32,000 nt of DNA. It comes from Methanocaldococcus jannaschii DSM 2661. GTDB taxonomy: Archaea; AGJL01; Methanococci; Methanococcales; Methanocaldococcaceae. Numbering within the stretch: position 1 is the stretch's first letter; each line of letters starts with the position of its first letter. Below are positions 27,596-32,000 of this stretch, piece after piece. The position numbers and the translations under genes were made by a program. The notes below the pieces were generated by a model, which saw only the letters and a list, made by a program, of their open reading frames with translations, did no database searches and was not told the origin of the DNA. The stretch lies in the NCBI RefSeq assembly GCF_000091665.1, contig NC_000909.1, positions 503,581 through 535,580 on the forward strand, in the 5' to 3' direction.

Positions 27596-28468
27596 ATGAA
27601 TTTTGAATACATCATTAACAGCCTCTTAGAAACCATAAAAACCTACAATTTCTTTGTAGATTGGGAAAAAATTGAAAATAATATAAAAAAGATAGAGAAA
27701 AGATTACATATCCTAAATTATCTAATTGGAAAAGAGAATTTTAAAGAGGAGTTTTTTGAATTACTAAAAGAGTATCCAGAGGTTATTACTGTTTTTCCAA
27801 TTTTAATAGCTGTTAGAGATAACAAAATAACAATTTTAAACGAAAATATGGAATTAGAAACCTTAGAATTTAAAGAAAAGAAATATTTAACTGATGAAGA
27901 AATTGAAAGATATTATAAATTTTTTAAAGAGACTGGATTGGAGGATTTGTTAAAAAATAGAAAAATAAAGAATTTAGTGGATTATGTTTTTGGTGTTGAG
28001 GTAGGAATGGACACCAATGCAAGGAAAAATAGAATTGGAGATTTAATGGAAAATATTGTTAAAAAATATATTGAAAATCTATGCAAACAAAATAAAAACC
28101 TTGATTATATCTTCCAAGCAACAAAAGATAAAATAAAACAAAAATGGGGAATAAATTTAACATTGGATAAAACAAATAGAAAATTTGATTTTGCAGTTTT
28201 TAATAAAAACACTAAAAAGTTATATCTCATTGAAGTTAATTTTTATAGTGGAGGAGGTTCAAAGTTAAAAGCTACTGCTGGAGAGTATAGATCATTAAAT
28301 GAATTTATAAAAAACAATAACAATAATGTTCAATTTATATGGATAACTGATGGAAAGGGATGGAATACAGCAAAGAATCCATTAAAAGAAAGTTTTAATA
28401 GTGGAGTTGTTATATTAAACTTAAAAATGGTTAAAGAAGGATTATTAAAAGAAATATTAACTCAGTAA
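27596..28468 (+). CDS. mjaIIIR: DpnII/MjaIII-type restriction endonuclease (GATC)
   Basis: GMDTNARKNRIGDLMENIVKKYIENL...KWGINLTLDKTNRKFDFAVFNKNTKKLYLIEVNFYSGGGSKLKATAGEYRSLNEF..IWITDGKGW, the DpnII family pattern. Confidence 0.92.
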   Translation: MNFEYIINSLLETIKTYNFFVDWEKIENNIKKIEKRLHILNYLIGKENFKEEFFELLKEYPEVITVFPILIAVRDNKITILNENMELETLEFKEKKYLTDEEIERYYKFFKETGLEDLLKNRKIKNLVDYVFGVEVGMDTNARKNRIGDLMENIVKKYIENLCKQNKNLDYIFQATKDKIKQKWGINLTLDKTNRKFDFAVFNKNTKKLYLIEVNFYSGGGSKLKATAGEYRSLNEFIKNNNNNVQFIWITDGKGWNTAKNPLKESFNSGVVILNLKMVKEGLLKEILTQ

Positions 28469-28570
28469 TATTAGATTTAAAATTGTGAATGATACCATTA
28501 TTCAATTTCCAAAATGTATAAAAACTTGATCTTGAAAATAATATTGAAACTAAACTTTAAATAATATTAA

Positions 28571-29383
<813 letters not shown>

Positions 29384-29385
29384 TT

Positions 29386-30171
29386 TTAATTTTTTATACT
29401 CTCTTTTAATAAAACAATCTGCTCTCTCAATTTGTGATTTCCCACTTTTCTGGCAATATTTAAAATTGATTCAATCTCTTCATCAAAATTTTTTAAAATG
29501 CCTTCCTCAATTCTATAAATCTTTAAATTTATTAAGAAGAGGGCTTCATAATCAAAAGATGATTTAAATTCTTTTTTGTCTATAAAGTCTTTAACCATCT
29601 CTAAAATTTTTATAATTGACAATCTCTTCTGTATAAATTCTTCAGTTAATTTTCTCCTTCTTCTTCCAGTTAATAATAGCTCAATCTCATTTTTTAATTC
29701 ATAACTTCCAACTCTTAAAGCCATGTTAGTTAAGCTCCTAACTTCGGAATTATAATCTAAAACAATCCCATTATCCAACCTCAAAATTTTTAAACCAATT
29801 AGATTTAGGATGAGTTTATCTTCATAAGATTTGTATGGCTTCTTCTCTATATAACTCTTTAGATACTCTAAAATCTCAATAATCTTTTTTATTTTATTTT
29901 TTTGGGATTTTGTTAATCTTTTCCTTTCTCCAAATAGTAAAAGGCTTATTTCCCTCTTCATATCAAAACTACCAACTTTTTTAGCTATTTCTGAAATTTT
30001 GCTTGCTATTGGTAATATATCATCATCTAAAACATATCCTTTTTCAAGGTAATCTAACATCAATCTTATAATTGCCTTCTCATCACTGCCTTCCTTTGCA
30101 TACATCTCTAAAATTTCTAAAATATGTATAAATTGCTCAATAATCTCTATTTTGCTTTTTTCTAACAGCAT
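29386..30171 (-). CDS. Hypothetical all-helical protein with three tandem internal repeats, 261 aa
   Basis: ORF track; repeats end with AKKVGSFDMKREISLLLFGERKRL / ALRVGSYELKNEIELLLTGRRRRKL / ARKVGNHKLREQIVLLKES. Confidence 0.8.
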   Translation of the reverse strand: MLLEKSKIEIIEQFIHILEILEMYAKEGSDEKAIIRLMLDYLEKGYVLDDDILPIASKISEIAKKVGSFDMKREISLLLFGERKRLTKSQKNKIKKIIEILEYLKSYIEKKPYKSYEDKLILNLIGLKILRLDNGIVLDYNSEVRSLTNMALRVGSYELKNEIELLLTGRRRRKLTEEFIQKRLSIIKILEMVKDFIDKKEFKSSFDYEALFLINLKIYRIEEGILKNFDEEIESILNIARKVGNHKLREQIVLLKESIKN

Positions 30172-30210
30172 TTGAATCCCTTAAGAGAAAATTATAAAAA
30201 TAAGTTAAAA

Positions 30211-31491
30211 TTATTCTAAACCCTCAAACACATCCTCCATAGCCTTTATTGTCTTATCAACAACCTCATCATCATGTTTTATTGAGGTAAAGCAACATTC
30301 AAACTGTGAAGGAGGAACAAAAACCCCTTTCTCCAACAATCTCCAGAAGTATTTCATAAATTTCTCAGTATCACTCTGCTTGGCAATCTCATAATTCACA
30401 ACTTCCTTATCATTGAAGTAGATTTGGAACATTGAAGCAATGTTATAAACCTTAGCTTTAATATTATGTTTATCAGCCAACTCTCTTAAAGTATCTGCCA
30501 ATATCTTAGCAGTTCTTGCTGTTTCTTTATAAAACCTATCATCCAACTGCTTAAGAGTGGCGATTCCAGCAGTTATTGATATTGGATTTCCGTTGAATGT
30601 TCCTGCTTGATATATAGCTCCCAATGGAGAAAACTGCTCCATAAGCTCTCTTCTCCCCACAATAGCACCGATTGGAAATCCTCCTCCCAATATCTTTCCT
30701 AAGGTAGCTATATCTGGAACTACTCCAAAATACTCCTGAGCTCCTCCCTTAGCTAATCTAAACCCAGTTATAACCTCATCAAATATCAACAAAATATCAT
30801 TTTCCTCAGTTATCTCTCTTAAAAACTCTAAATAACCTTCTTTTGGTAATATACAACCAACATTTCCCATAATTGGCTCAACTATAATACAGGCAATTTC
30901 ATCTTTATTTTCATTTATTGCTTTTTTTACAGCATCTTCATCATTAAACGGAATTAAGATAGTATTTTTTGTTGTCTCTTCTGGGATTCCTGGAGAGTTT
31001 GGATGTCCGTGGGTTAGAGCACCACTTCCACTCTTAACCAAAACATAGTCATGAGCTCCATGATAAGCTCCATCAAACTTAATAATCTTCTTCCTTCCAG
31101 TAACTCCTCTTGCCAATCTTATAGCTGACATCGTCGCCTCAGTCCCAGAATTAACAAATCTAACCATCTCAGCACATGGAACTCTTTTAACAACCTCTTT
31201 AGCTAAAATAATCTCTTTCTCTGTTGGGCATCCATAAGCACTTCCTAATTCAAGTTGCTCTTTAACTGCTTTAATCACAGCATCATTTGCATGCCCTAAA
31301 ACCATCGGCCCGTAAGCTAAGCAGTAATCAATATAGCAGTTTCCATCAACATCAAATAAATAGCAATCTTTAGCTTTCTCAACAAAAAATGGATATGGTT
31401 TAAAATATCTAACTGGACTATTAACTCCTCCAACCAAATATTTTTTAGCCTCTTCAAATAATTCCTTTGACTTGTCCATTTTTAAGGCCAT
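30211..31491 (-). CDS. hemL: Glutamate-1-semialdehyde 2,1-aminomutase
   Basis: [76 protein letters not shown] at 31491 ([12 protein letters not shown]) preceded by ggtgaaaat; the track extends upstream to 31548. Confidence 0.96.
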
Positions 31492-31559
31492 ATTTTCACC
31501 TTTACATTTTCTCATTAACTTCTTCCATAATGGAGAGGAATTAACCATCGATTTTATTC

Positions 31560-31862
31560 TTAATACAACACTCTTCCTTCCTCTAAAACATTCCTATGGA
31601 ATGACCAATTTATTTTTTTATTAAATAATTCCTCACTCTCAACAATTGCATTTATAACAACTCCATACTTCAATAGCAATTTAGTGCATAAATCAATAAC
31701 ATAATCAAAATCCACATCCCCAACTATTAAAATGTCAATATCACTCTCTTCAGTGTAATCTCCCCTTGCATAGCTACCAAATAGTATAATTTTCTTAATT
31801 CTACCTCTATATTTTGATTTTAATGCATTCACAAACTCTTTTATTGCTTTTTCTTCATTCAT
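31560..31862 (-). CDS. MNT-type minimal nucleotidyltransferase (HEPN/MNT module)
   Basis: [27 protein letters not shown], the GSx10DxD nucleotidyltransferase motif. Confidence 0.9.
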   Translation of the reverse strand: MNEEKAIKEFVNALKSKYRGRIKKIILFGSYARGDYTEESDIDILIVGDVDFDYVIDLCTKLLLKYGVVINAIVESEELFNKKINWSFHRNVLEEGRVLY

Positions 31863-32000
31863 AATATCTCCTTTAATGCCTTTTTTATCCTATCAACAAA
31901 CATCTCCGCCTCATATATTATTGATTCTGCTTCTTCTTCAGTTGGCTTGTCAGTTGTATAATCTGCCTTCCATCTTAAATTATAACTTTTTGTTATTATT
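31859..32000 (-). CDS. Partial HEPN-domain protein partner, C-terminal end only
   Basis: Reverse-strand reading ends ...[37 protein letters not shown], with stop TGA overlapping the MNT start (ATGA). Confidence 0.75.
   Translation of the reverse strand, partial: IITKSYNLRWKADYTTDKPTEEEAESIIYEAEMFVDRIKKALKEIL

Overview
This window matches what I recall of the Methanocaldococcus jannaschii chromosome (about MJ0566 to MJ0605). That assignment comes from recognised proteins and gene order, not from a database search. Gene content, left to right: a 3' partial feoB with feoA and a divergent DtxR-like regulator; hemC; a diphthine-ammonia ligase family gene; a 13-repeat CRISPR array with an AT-rich leader and no cas genes; aspartokinase; an OsmC/TDT-transporter/UspA group; two MinD/ferredoxin ATPases with a NifX-like protein; a small thiol/zinc-protein and permease cluster; an MBF1-like HTH protein; truD; ADP-forming acetyl-CoA synthetase; psmA-SBDS-L37Ae-rpoP-Brix-Pcc1-LX; a radical SAM protein; a GATC-type Dam/DpnII-like R-M locus (MjaIII) with an extra ORF; thi4; hemL; and an MNT/HEPN pair. 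The strongest signals missing from the ORF track are: (1) a HesB/IscA-like gene at 20638-20925 (-) with an in-frame UGA and a textbook archaeal SECIS hairpin that begins at its stop codon; (2) a 110-bp compound inverted-repeat element (11989-12098) with 16-bp perfect terminal inverted repeats and three internal hairpins, lying exactly between a predicted transcription start and the ribosome-binding site of a thioredoxin-like gene; (3) a 58-bp near-identical extended promoter in front of three separate transcription units; (4) an inverted copy of the CRISPR repeat's 5' end inside the leader-proximal spacer, plus a duplicated spacer and a decaying distal end; (5) small zinc-finger, zinc-ribbon and membrane ORFs below the track's length cutoff.
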